In this document: piece after piece, positions 48,729-60,957 of the stretch | Layout: each line of letters begins with the position of its first letter | Numbering within the stretch: the stretch's first letter is position 1 | Source of the DNA: Guillardia theta CCMP2712 | Lineage: Eukaryota; Protista; Cryptophyta | Direction of reading: 5' to 3' | NCBI RefSeq assembly: GCF_000315625.1 | Contig: NW_005434609.1 | Coordinates: forward strand, 1-64,000 | Length of the DNA: 64,000 nucleotides | Program-made: the position numbers and the translations under genes | The notes under the pieces: generated by a model | What the model was told of the DNA's origin: nothing | What the model saw: the letters and a program-made list of their open reading frames with translations, nothing else | Databases searched by the model: none

Positions 48729-49554
48729 ATACCTTTTCCTTTATGATATTCAATGTTTTCTTGCCCCTCACATATACCGGCACTGGATTCTGTCGGCTTT
48801 GCTCGTCTCGCCATTCAATGTTGACTCCAGCTGCTATTAGCTGTTTTCCATGTCTTGCACTGTCTGTTTCCTACATCTATTCTCATTCTTATGGTTCATG
48901 TCGCTTGCGACCTGCATGAGATACCTGAACTCAATGTTTCTTTTTGCTGCTCTTGAACATTCGTTGCTGCTCCAACCCTCATAAGCATGGGATTCTGCTG
49001 CAGCTGTCCTTGATTTCGAATTCTGTACTCTGGTTTCTCAGCGTACATGTACAATTCACCATGATCGCCATGATCATCTCTTCATCATCTTGTCTCTATC
49101 ATCCCTAACGTGCTCATGATGCTTTCATGACCCATGTTTGTGAATGGTCATCCTGGGTCGCTATGCCCCATTCACTGACCGGTAACGCAGCAAATGGAGC
49201 ATGACAACGCCGCGACTTTGCACACCTTGGACAAGATCCCGGGACAGGACAGCTTGAAGGCGACATACAGCCAGATGCTCAGCCATTCCAAGAGGAAGCT
49301 GAAGATGGCCGGCTGCTTGTGATGCTAGTTATCCTGATTTATTGTTTGCTCACATGTTAAGTGGCAAAGTCTGGATCTGGTTTTGCTGAGGTGCGGGTTA
49401 GAAGTTGGCCAGAGGTCGCACGGGTTCAGGCGTGTGGAGCCTTTCAGAGTTTGTTTTTACGATTTAGCATGTATCCTACATAATGAAACCTGACACGAAG
49501 CTCTGTCTGCCGCTTGACTCCTCTGACCGTTACTTCTCCTTCACCCGCAACCAG

Positions 49555-50852
49555 ATCTCATAACCGTCGGCGAACGATGCGATGGTGAAAGCATCCTTGT
49601 CCTCGAGAATCTAGCGTACCAGTCAACAAATTACAACGACGCAGGCAGGTACCTCAAAGCCCTTCCTCGTCACAAGAGTTGCGAGCTCCTCCCTTGCACC
49701 CAGGAGCGCCTGCGCGTGTTGTGAGCGAAAGAAAAAGTCAACCACAACAATCAGGTTGAAGGATGCGGCAGGAGGAGCAAGACGGGACTCCAAGGAGCAC
49801 GGGAAGAAGGGAGAGGGGGAGGGAGAGGGGGAGGGGGAGGGGGAGGGGGAGGGGGAGGTTCAGAAGCACCTGCTCACTTCTTGAGCGATCAGCTCCGAAT
49901 CCTCGAACAGCAAGAGTGGCCACTAGTGCAGGAGGTGAGCTCACAGCACTGGCCCTCTTGCTCACCGAGAGTTTCCGGAACTTCAACGAGCTGCAGCCCC
50001 GCGATCCCCGACGGCTTGAGAGATCTCTTCCTCCACTCTGCCGTACCCGCAATGTCACAGCGAGTGAAGGCAAGATCGGAGAAGAGTTGTAGGGGCGGGG
50101 AAAACTGAGTTGAGGGAGCGGGGGGAGGGGGAGGGGGAGGGGCAGGTGCGCACAGGGCAGAAAGTGTGAGTGCAAAGGAGCAGATGGGAGCGGATGACCT
50201 GGAGGGAGGATGTAACCCAAGGAGCTGTCTTGCTTCCCTGAATCCATTTGGAGCTGAGGCTCCTGAAAAGGATCAGTCAGGAAGGCAAGGAGGAGGAATC
50301 GTCGATCACAGTGACTGGCAGGACTTGGCCGAGCGAGTTCGAGGGTTTGGTGAGGGCGTCTCCTCTGAACTATCAGAGATGCATGAGGAGACGTGGCAGG
50401 GGCTCTTCTTCACTTTCACCTTGCGCAGGAGGTCCGTTGTCAAGAGGTAAGAGTCCTTGTCGTAGACGGAGCCGGTCTGTCCAACAGGTCAAGGTTGAGA
50501 GGAAGAGGAGGAGCATGCGGACTGGGCCCAACCTCCGATTGCACCATGGTGAAGGCTTCGTATCTCCTGACTTCTATCCGACTAGAGCATGTCAGCTGCA
50601 TGCGGAGAGAGGCTCAGGGGCTCGTACTCGGAGAACCTTCGGATAAGGCTGTACTTGGTGACTTCCTCCCCTCCGCCCTGGCAGCCTCGTCAAGGAGCAA
50701 GAGGAGGGGGAAACTCAGTCACGTGCCTTGAGCTGCCGCAGGCCCTGCAAGGAAACGACCTGCAAAGGGTTGGGGAGCAGCTGAGAAACGACATCCGCCA
50801 GGCCCTCAGCCGAGCTGCCATGGAAGTCAGCGAGCCCGCATGGGGTAGCTAG
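49555..50852 (+). CDS. Probable multi-exon hypothetical gene
   Basis: Short GT-AG bounded open segments (LITVGERCDGESILVLE..., LSDQLRILEQQEWPLVQE, ELPQALQGNDLQRVGEQLR); no homology recognised. Confidence 0.3.
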
Positions 50853-51872
50853 CCGGGACACACATGGGCTGGTTGTTGGCAATGGAGTCCCACTCGTCGA
50901 TGTGCTCGACGACGAGGCCGCTGAACGCAGAGATGAGGAGAGAGGGAGGAAGGAGACTAGGAGACCTGTCCGCGTCCAGTACATACTTGGTGCTGCCGGT
51001 GAACTCTAGCCTCTGCGTCGGAACAAGTCATGGCCTGTCGTACAAGGACAGCGTGCTTCGACCGGCCTCCAGGGGAAGGCCTTGAACGTCATCCCTAGGG
51101 TCCAACGCGTGATGACCGTGTTGGGATCAACGACTAGGACAGACACATAAGCGTCATGGCTGCAGGAGACAGCAAACAAGGTCTGATCGATCACCTTCTA
51201 CTTGGTGCAAGTCCATCTTTCCGTCGGTGAACAACGGCGAGTCCTTTCAAGGGCTCATTCACTAGCCTCATGACATGCAGCATGTCTCATCAACCTTCAA
51301 CATCTGGATGTTGTCCTGATACTTCTTGATGCCCTCGAACTTGTTCAAGGGGTCTCGGAAAGCAACCTCCGCACTCCCATCAGCCCCATCACGGCAGCGT
51401 TGGATGCAGTAGGATACCTTCTTGTCGTACAAGTCCCATTTCGGCTCGTAGGAGAGGTCGAAGAGCGAAGGAAGCTCCTGGCCTCCTCTGTAAGTTCTGA
51501 GTACCACAAGGATGTTCACTTGCTACCTCCTCCAGCTCTTTCGCCAGCTGATTTGCTCTACATGTCATGTGAGGGGATCATGATTTTGACCGTGTTCGCA
51601 AAAAGAACCTCGTATAAGAAACGTCGCCGCTCGACATCTTGCAGGCACACGCGGCTCTGCGTTGCTCATCACATACGTTTGGACGAAATGAAGCAGTACC
51701 TCGACGGCTTCTGGAACGTCCGGAGGAGAGAGGACGTCGCACGAGGACGAAGGGTCTGGAGGAGGGAGGAGGAAGAGGAGGATCGAGAACCCTGCATGGG
51801 CGAGAGAGACGGCATGACGAAGCCGCTCACGCTCGCTGCCATCGCCAGCAGGCATGTTGTCGGCGCCAGCAT
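50715..51872 (-). CDS. Plastid-targeted DUF2358 (SnoaL/NTF2-like) protein, multi-exon
   Basis: MLAPTTCLLAMAASVSG-FVMP presequence; LY...VAFRDPLNKFEGIKKY..NI, TRWTLGM...FPWRP, FTGST.Y, VVEHIDEWDS. Confidence 0.85.
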
Positions 51873-52039
51873 GTTTCTCCTTATGTGTAACCTTTCAAGT
51901 CCGCCTATCTTTGATGCAAGTTATCAAATAAAGGCAGCAAAATCACAGTAGTCTTCTTTGCTACTCTGTCATTCAGTATTCCGGGGGCAGAGAATCAACT
52001 TACCAGTGCCAAAGGCCCGGGCTGCCCGGAACGAGGGCG

Positions 52040-54990
52040 ATGAAGTTGAGGCGGGAGACTGGCATGGCGGGAGTAGCGGGAGCTAGGTGGTGGCCAGGAG
52101 GAGGAGGAGGAGGAGGAGGAGGCGGAGGAGGAGGAGGAGGAGGAGGAGGACAGGAGCAAGGGAAGGCATACGACAAGGAGGATATGATGATGAGGTCTGA
52201 GATCAGGTTGGTTCGCGGGTCGGAAGGTGAAGGAGGGCTGATGGCGAATGGGAGTGGAGGATCGGGCAAGAGCGCATGGGGGCGCAGAGAGGAAGAGAGA
52301 TGGCGGGTTGTAGGACTGGAGCCGAGCGAGGGAACGAAGGCAGCGTATGATGCAGCTGCGGACTGGAAGAGGGAGGAGGAGAGCAGGAAGCGGGAGGGCA
52401 TGTCGACCGCCCTTAGGTTCCCTTCCAGTCGTGTCGGATTGTGGGACTCGGAGCCGAGAGGGCTTCCAGTGCATGTGACGCAAGTAGCAGCGATCCCTTC
52501 CTTGAGCCTGAGCCCAGCGCTGCTGACGAGCTTGACCGTCTCCCATGCCAGCGGCAGGGTTGCAGTCAAGGGCATGGCGCGGGAGGTGGACCACCAACTG
52601 GAGGTGCCAGGGAGTCTGACGAGGAGCAGCGTGCAATGGCATTGCGACAAGGTCGAGCCAGACACGGAGAGATCCTGCGATGGAGAGGAGGAGGAGGAAG
52701 GAAGAAAGAAGGAGGAGATCAGCATCCCTGTGATGTTCTCGGACGATGACAGGTGGGATCAGCAAGAGAATGTCCCTTCTGCTTCCTACAAGGAGGAGGT
52801 GGTCGGGGGTATCAGGAAGAGACTGTACTCATTCAGCCCTCTGAGAGCAAGCAAGTTCGCCAACGTCTTCATGCACAGCAGGGTGTCACATGATGGCAAC
52901 TTGCACTTGACATGTTTCGGATGTTTCCCTTGTGATTCCTTCACACTGACACCTCTGAAGCTCCTCAAGGTGATCCCGACCTCTCTCTCTCAGTCTCTCT
53001 ACCACAGAGAGAGTGAGTTCACCCAGCCGTCGACAGGCTTCCTCTCGCTCGACCAGACAAGGAGGATCCTGCTGATACACGAGAACGACCTCAAGTGCCG
53101 TCACGTTCCTCTCGTCGGCGTCTGGATCAGCGGCGTTACCACTCTGAGCGACGCCTACGTCTGGTCTGCCTTGCTGCGCTACGTGCACGTGCGGGGCATG
53201 GGGGAGAAGGTCTTCAACCAGGGAGACGCGTTCCTCTGCCTCTTCTATCATCGCTCTGCTCTCTGTCAGCCGCCGGCCCTGCTACAAGTCAAGGTTCACA
53301 GCGGGCAAGGCATGTTCGCTCACTTCTCCTCCAAGTCTGTTGTGGTCAACGTGGAGCATCTTCCCCCCAGCCCAGCCCTGATCGACTTTGACACCCTCCA
53401 TGCTGATTACTCCTACGATCCTGACAGCAGCAAGGAGGCGCGGCGAGGAGCAGGATGGTCCAAGGGAGCGGCGCAGGTGGCCATGGACGACAGATCAAGC
53501 TCGTTGGTTGACAGTGAGAGGGGCTCTAAGGAAGAGCCTGCTGCAGGCAGACCCAATCTCAACGACATGTCAGGCATGAGCGTCAGCGAGGCCTTCGATC
53601 AGCCGCGCACCTCCGTCCCGCAACCATCTCCCATGGGAGGTCGAACGGTGATGCCCTCAATGCATGGAGATGTCGAGGGAGGAAAACCCTTGCCCTCCCC
53701 CGGCGACGAGGGAGCGAGAGGGAGCGAGAGCTCGTACGAAGTCCCTGGCAAGTACCTTGAGCCTCTTCCTACGCATCCTGGTCAGGTTTCGAACTTCCTC
53801 CTCTCTGCCAGCATCCGCCCTGTCCGCACTCGAGCCCGAGCGCAGGAAGCGGAGGAGAGTGTGAGCAAAGGGCAGGAGGTGAGAGGACCGCAGCAGCTGG
53901 AGGATTCCTACCTTCACAAGAAGATACAAGAGCAGGAGATGCAGATCAGGCAGCTCGCACTGACCCTCCAGGAGCTTGGCGGGAGGGTTCACAAGGCTCA
54001 GGTTTGCTCAGTGGGAACTCAACTTGATCCGGACAACAACAAGAGCTTCTTTGTATCGCCCACGAGACCCCACGAGGTACGTTGGAAGCTCTTGAAAGCT
54101 CCTTGACGGTTCTGGTGGCAGAGGAAGAAGGCCAGTAAGGCGATCGAGACGTCACAGGTCAGCTGACTAAGCGGAGGGGCTGAACTTGAGTGTCACTGAG
54201 ACGGGCCCAGCAGGTTGAGGCTGCCGAGCCGGAGGGAGGAAGAAAGCCCAGCAACCGGATCTTTCCTGAGGAGGCTGAGATCCTGCACGTGGAGGAGGAG
54301 GCTGTAAGCTCGCACGTGAAGAAGGTGAGAGTGATACCCTGCCCATGGCTCAAGTCAAGTTCGCCTGCGGCAGTCTCTCTCCGCCACTTTCCCCTGCCCC
54401 GACCAAGACTACGACAGAAATTCCATCGTCTTCCTCCTCAGCCGCGAAGAGCAACACGCAAACAGAGTCGACGAGGCCTCGAGGCCTCCAACCACCAGCG
54501 ACGGGAGCACGACGGTGCGTCAGAACTTTTGTGTTTGATTGCACTCATGCTGCAATGGCGTGCAGGAAAGCCTAAAAGAGAAAAGCGTCTTGCAACTTGA
54601 GGATGAAACTGTTCATCTTGACACAAGGTACGAGTCCTCCTCCTGCTTCCCCGATCTCTCTCCCCTTTGCTCGCTCCCTCCCTCCTGTTCTCTCTTCCTC
54701 TAACTTGTTTCGCTTCTGCTCTTAACAGACCTGAGGAGAGTAGTCAAGCAGAAGCTCGCACTGTCGATTCTCTCAGAGACTCTCCGCAGGAGGGGACAGG
54801 CCTTGTGCAAGGGCAGGCCACCAAGGCTCCAGTAGAGGTAGACGATGATAAAGAGATCGAGGATGTTGGAGGAGCGACGAGCGATGGGGATGACAGCTTC
54901 GACGAGATCGATCTCAAGTACCTGAACGCGTCCTTGATAGCCAAGATAAGGTCAGGTGCAGAAGTTACAATCAACGGCAAGAAAATATGA
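52040..54990 (+). CDS. STIL: STIL (SCL-interrupting locus)-like centriole assembly protein
   Basis: LRFPSSRVGLWD.EP.G; GFLSLDQTRRILLIHENDLK...VPLVGVWISGV......VWSALLRY (STIL N-terminal domain); short coiled coil; SFDEIDLKYLN near the C-terminus. Start could be 52400. Confidence 0.85.
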
Positions 54991-55073
54991 TAAGAGTTTG
55001 AAATAAACAGTGGGATATGTTCAGTCTCGTTGATTTCCCTCCCTTATACTCTCTCATACATGTATAGGTTTTC

Positions 55074-58000
55074 CTATGGAGCTTTGCTTCCGAACAGCAT
55101 GTTGTGCTTCCACCGCAAGACCTGCTCGTGTCTCGTCAATTCACAAGCATCCAGAAACACACCAACAGCACCTGCCCCATCGCGGGGTCGCGACTGCCAT
55201 GGTACAAATCTTCCAGAAGGCTGCCAAACTCGCTTCTGAGAGCAGACAACTGCTGGCTGTCCTTAGGCGAAGCCTTGCCGCGGGGGTCAACCTGCTCTGA
55301 CGGGAACCGGCGAGGCTCCTTCTCAGCTCTGGTCGAGGGCTCTGCTGATGGTCTGATGAGCTCCTGCTGGAGTCTGCCGTAGGGAGCGAAGTTGCCAGCC
55401 TCCATGGTCAACTTCTTGCGCATGAGAGTGACGAGGATCTGAAGTTGGAGGTCAAGGCAGAGCACAGGACCACTCCTCGTACCTCTCTTGGCCTCTCCGT
55501 TGGATCGGCTGGCCGTCGCTCAAATGTCATGGTGACTGGAGAGTTCTGAGGGCCCCGCAGCAAGTGCTGGATCTCTGTCAAGCTCTTTCCCAGCACGACC
55601 TGCCCGTCCACGTCGGAGAGATAATCTCCCACTGCGATTTTGCCGCACTCTCGAGCAGGTCCTCCCTGCCACCCAGTCAGTCAGTCAGTGCGGCTCTAGG
55701 GTGAGAAGAAAGTGAGGAACCTCGGCGAGGTACTCCACTACGAACTCCCCTCTCCCAGCTGACGCGAGAACAACGCCGACCCCAGCATCCTTCTTGCTCA
55801 TGTCAGCGATCGACCGCGTCGATGGAGGGCTGTCGGATTTTGGGCTCAAACGCTGCCAGCACAACGTGAGAGGCTCTCGAGACAGGTCAGGACATACAGC
55901 TTCATCCTTGGGCGATCTTGGAGGGACCACCGAGCCAACCAGCGCCTCTACCGTCGGCTGCTGATACTCAAGCACCACGTGCAATGCCGCCACGTCCTGA
56001 ACTGGCAGCTGACCCTTGTCGTCCATCAGCTGCAGCCATGAGTCTGATCTGCCGAGCATGACCACATCTGCTAGAGCGACGCTCTTGGTCTTGCCGAAGA
56101 TCTTGAAATGCTCGTCACTCAGTGCTCCTGCATGACGAAGAAGAGGCGGGTGGAGGCGATCTGGTCGACATCCACTCCCAGCAGGAAGTTCTCTCGCCAT
56201 ACAAACCCGATGTCGCCGCTTGTTGGGATGGTTTTGCTCACAGGGTATATGAATCCATTTGCCTCCAGGAGAATCTCACATGACATCATCCTCGACCGGT
56301 CAGCTGCCTTCACTGACCCTTCGACCACTAAGATTGAGAATTTCCCCTGGTGCAGCGCTGGACTTGAAGAGATCGAAGGCCTGGAAGGCTCGTGGGTGGG
56401 GAGTGACGCACGCGCGTCTGCGTCCCCTTGCTCATGTCCGTTGGAGTCCGACGAGAGCGAAGGCAGGGGAGCCGTCTGAGGGAGCTCTGCCATCGTGCCA
56501 CCCTTGCTGGAAACCTCAGGGGATGCAACAAGAACAGGGCTGTGGGCAGCACTCGTTTGCTCCTTGGCGGTGGGAACAAGATCGCTCGTCTGCTCCTCTC
56601 CTGCATAGTCGCCTCTTGTGGCGGGATCTTCTTGACCAGGGCTGCGCATGTGGGGATCATCCTTGTGTGCTGATTGCATGTCGGCCTCTCGCTGCTGTCT
56701 CTGCCTCTCTGCCTCCTCCTCCTCTTGTCTTTGTCGTTGCCTCGCCTCCTCCTCCTCTTGCCTCTGCCTCTCAGCTTCTTCTCGTAGCTTCCGCTCCGCC
56801 GCTTCCTCCTCTTGCCTTCGCTGCTCCGCTTCCTCTTGCTGCTGTCTCTGTCTTTGCCTCTCTGCCTCCTCTTGCCTCTGTCTTTCTGCATCCTCTATCC
56901 TCTGCCTCTCTGCCTCCTCCTGTCTCCGATGCTCTGCTTCCATCTCTTCATGTCTCTGTCGCTCTTTCTGCTCCTCCTGTTGTCTGTACCACTCGGCTTC
57001 CTCTTCTTCTTGGCGTTGTTTCTGTCTGGCAGCTTCTTCCTCCTGTCTCCGTTGCTCCTCCTCCTGTCTCAGTCGCTCCTCCTCTTGTCTCTGTTGCTCC
57101 TCCTCCTGTCTTTGTCTTTCAGCTTCCTCCTCCTGTCTCTGTCGCTCTTTCTGCTCCTCCTGTTGTCTGTACCACTCGGCTTCCTCTTCTTCTTGACGTT
57201 GTCTCTGTCTGGCAGCTTCTTCCTCCTGTCTCTGTTGCTCCTCCTCCTGTCTCAGTCGCTCCTCCTCTTGTCTCTGTCGTTCCGCCTCCTCCTCCTCCTC
57301 CTGCCTCCTTCGCTCGAGCTCCTGCTGGTGTAGTTCAGCTTCTCGCTGGAGCTGCTCAGTCTCATGTGCTGGCGGTTCAGATTGAGGAAGGTGCTTTTCT
57401 TCATGAAGCCTTGACTTCGCCTGGTCCTGGTCGGATCTCATCGACAGCTCCCCTGACGCTGAGTACTCGAAACTCAGGTGCACGAGGGGTTTCTCATTGC
57501 TGAGGTTCGCATCTGACCTGGGAAATGGTCTCAGGGTGAACAATTCATTCGCAGAGTGTGCAGTCTCAATGTCGCTTATGATCGCATCTGCCACGAGACT
57601 TGCTTGTTCTTGGGTTTTGGCGTCATGCACGGTGATTAGCAAGTCCACATTTTGACCGTTCAAGTCACAATTCTCGACGGATGAGACGTACTGTGGACCT
57701 CTCACTGCACCAACCCTCTTGACTTCGTTAAGTGTGACCTCGTGATACCACGCTTCATTAGAATGAATTGAAAGATTCCTGGACTTGAATTGTGGAGCTA
57801 TCAAGACAGCACTTTCAGAAACCTGTTCATTGTAGTCCAACGTGTGGAATATCTCCTTTGAGTGTCTCCATTCATTTGTTTCCGAAAGAATTGAGACGCA
57901 GATGAAACAAGACTCCAAATTTGTTGCAAGACTCTGAAAGTTTTTGGACCCGTGAATCCTGATCACAAATGAAGCATTGCCCTGCCCTTTCAATCCTGAG

Positions 58001-60228
58001 TTGAGTTGGTCATCCATTCCCGTTTTCTTGGTCAAACCATTTTCCAAGAATTGTTTCGTCTGAGATTGGCTGTTTTCAATGGATAGGATAAGACTTTTAG
58101 GTGGTGGTTTCCAGGAGAATGTTTTGAGCTGATGATTTACATAGAACTTCCTGCCAGATTCTGAATCTTTCACTCGCTGCCAACCTGGAGGTAATTCTTC
58201 TGCTTCTGACTCATCATGAAGGTTTTGGCTGAGCATTGATGATTCTTGCAATCTTGATTGAGATCGTTGTGCACCATACGCTATCCTGAATCGAATTGAA
58301 GAGACTCTTCCAAGTTCATCGCATATTTGACTCCCATCACGATTTTGCAACACAAACCATTGGTCGACAGGTTTGCCGATTCCAATGTGGGGAACCACAA
58401 TACGCCCGATGAAAGCATCATCTCCTGCTCTATGAACTGTCATAAGTAAGAGCACAGCATTTCCATCGAGATGCCTGTCGTCAGAGGCACTCAGTATCTG
58501 ATTGCTATCATGCAGTCGTTCCAACATGGTGATATCTGGAAACGTGCTATGAAAGGTGAAGGAAGAATTCCATTCGCAATGTTGGAACACTTTGACAGCA
58601 GGTGTCTGGTACTGCGGTTTCATCCTATAGAAGAGATTGTCGTCAACGTCTTGTCCATAATGATGGTCAATCAGGAAGAAATGCTTCTTCTCCATCAATG
58701 TAGGGTTTTGAATCAAAGAGGCACAAACGTAAACATCCTTCTCGTCGTAGATTCTCGGAAAGTTTTGCGCTTGGATCACCTCGATGTAAAAGGCAAACAA
58801 CCCTTCTGATTTAGCAGTCATGGAGGTGTTGATACTGACATCTTGAATTTGCTGTGCTCTGTTAGAGGCATGGTGGCCGTTGTTCATCTGTAGGACATCA
58901 AGGGATATTGTAGGACTCTGAAGGAATTCAACGGAGTTGACAGTGCCGTAGTGAATGCGAAGTCTCAGCGTTGAAGGCTCTCCGGAGCTGCTGCGGAGCT
59001 GGTTGCCGTCTTGGGCTTGCAGCATGAACCATTGTTCAACTGGAACGCCGAGCCTGATGTTGGGAAGGATGACGCGGCCTAAGAAATCATTCTTGCCTGC
59101 CTTGACATGTCAGCACGAGTTCGATCGGAGGAGCAGCACAGAGGCATCGGCACCTGCATCCGTAGCTCGTTTGTCATGGACAGTGATCATGACTAGCACA
59201 GGCTGCCCATCGAGGGGGACGGCTTCATCGGGGTACGAACCCTTGGCCACGGAAGTTTCTATGGCTTCAATACTCGGGTGAGTGCATGGGAAGGTGACTC
59301 CTTCGTTCCAGGCTGGATTTGAGCTCGAGGGATAACGGTTTGTAACATGCAGCGGCCTCACGGAGATGAACCTGCTATCGTTGGCGCGCGAGCCAATGCC
59401 GTGGTCAATGGCGTGAAAGTGTCGCTGCTGCATGAGCGAGGGCTTGTCGACGATGGAGACACAGACAAATGCGTCTGGATCTCCTTCTACCTCACTCCTG
59501 GACAAGTTCTGTGCCTCTAACAGAGTCACATTCAGTGCACATGAGTTCGCTTGCTGTGGTGTTGGCACAGGGACCTCTTCCGCTTCCATCTTTCTGAATT
59601 CTAGCTGCAAGACAAGCCTCCCCTCAGCTCTGAGTCGGGACTTGTGGGTCTTTCCTTGTTTCACGTCAAAGTCCTGCATGATGATCTCCCCTTGATAGGG
59701 GATGAGTTTGGCAAGATTCAAAATGCATTCGCCTGATCCGAGGGTAAGAACAAACCAGAGTACAGTGAACAGACGAATTCTCACCGAGAAAACTTTCCTC
59801 GGGATCGCCATTGATATCCCACAAGGTAACTTCTAATTGCATCTCATTGGCGTCAGCAACTGCTATCTGAAAATCCTGTTCAAACACAGGATCTCTTGTC
59901 CCTATACAGACTCGAGTCTCCCATTGACTCTGCTCTAGTGCAGGAGGCAAGCGGATGCGCCTCAATCTCAACTTCACCTGCACATCCGGCTGCGAGAGCA
60001 AAGTCACTTCATCACAGAAGCAGCTGCTCACAGCTGATGGAAGCGCTGGGATTGATCAGAGGCATTTGAGTGAAAAGAAGGCGGAGAAAGGGAGAGAGGA
60101 AGGGACAACCAGAAGGTGCATGGTAGAGGAGGAGGAGGAGATCTTCATGTTACCGCTTGTCCCGAGGAGCGCGTCCGTAGTGCTGACGCCCGCGCCACGG
60201 TGAGCAGCAGGACGCCTGGCGACGGCAT
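55074..60228 (-). CDS. Large multi-C2 domain protein with WW, E/R/Q-rich helix and C-terminal PDZ
   Basis: MPSPGVLLLTVARAS.../DPVFEQDF...LEVTLWD...FLGE (C2); three related C2-like repeats; ELPPGWQ...FYVNHQLKTFSWKPP (WW); a further C2; GVGVVL...GDYLSDVDG...LRGPQNSPV (PDZ). Confidence 0.85.
56690..57330 (-). repeat. Coding E/R/Q-rich repeat with a 183-bp internal duplication
   Basis: EEEEAEWYRQQEEQKERQR occurs twice (~56955 and ~57138). Confidence 0.85.
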
Positions 60229-60957
60229 GGCGGGTGAAAGCCACACAGGGGCGGGAGAGTTTCAAAAGGAGGGGTACCTTCACTGAGGGGGTCCTGGGGG
60301 TGGGTCGTGGATCGTATAGGAGGATACAGCAGGATACTGGGGGATGGGTGGGTAGGGTAGTCATGGTTTGGGGATCGTGGTGGGTAGTAGGGATGAGGTG
60401 GATTGGCTCACCACCGGTCACTCGGTAGTCTGCGAGAAGTCGGAGGGTAGGGGTACGTGGACCTTTCCACCAGTATGAACATGAAGCATTGAAGGATGAA
60501 GGGGGGTGATATTTATAGTCAGAGAGGGGTAGTCATGAACACCTGGGGTAGTCCTTAGCCATGAAAGGTCCGTGGGGGGTGGGGTACAGAAACGGTTGGG
60601 GGCCCTGAAAACGAGTCTGAGTGGAGGTTGTAGGTAGGGGTAGGTAGGCAGAAGGGGGTAGGACAAGATGGGGCATGGGGGTAGGGTCCGAGGGGTGTCG
60701 GGATCGCATTCAGGAAATTCCGTCTAAGTGAACTGTAGCAGGCAGAAGGGAGGGAGGGAGGGAGGGAGGGAGGGAGGGAGGGTGAGGAGGAGACGAATAC
60801 TACCTATTTTGTTTCGATTTGGTGATGCAAGAGAGTCAAGCAGAAGGAGTGAAAAGAATCATTCACTCGTGAACGAAAGCTCGTTGTAATCTTCAAGAAT
60901 TTCATTATGATCCACGGAAAAATCAGTGTTAAACACAAGACTACTGACGTGAGATCG

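Noticed and set aside
48423-49322. Possible small + strand spliced gene (MLSRLLAPNP... to ...KLKMAGCL*)
   Set aside because: Exon chain could not be built with confidence
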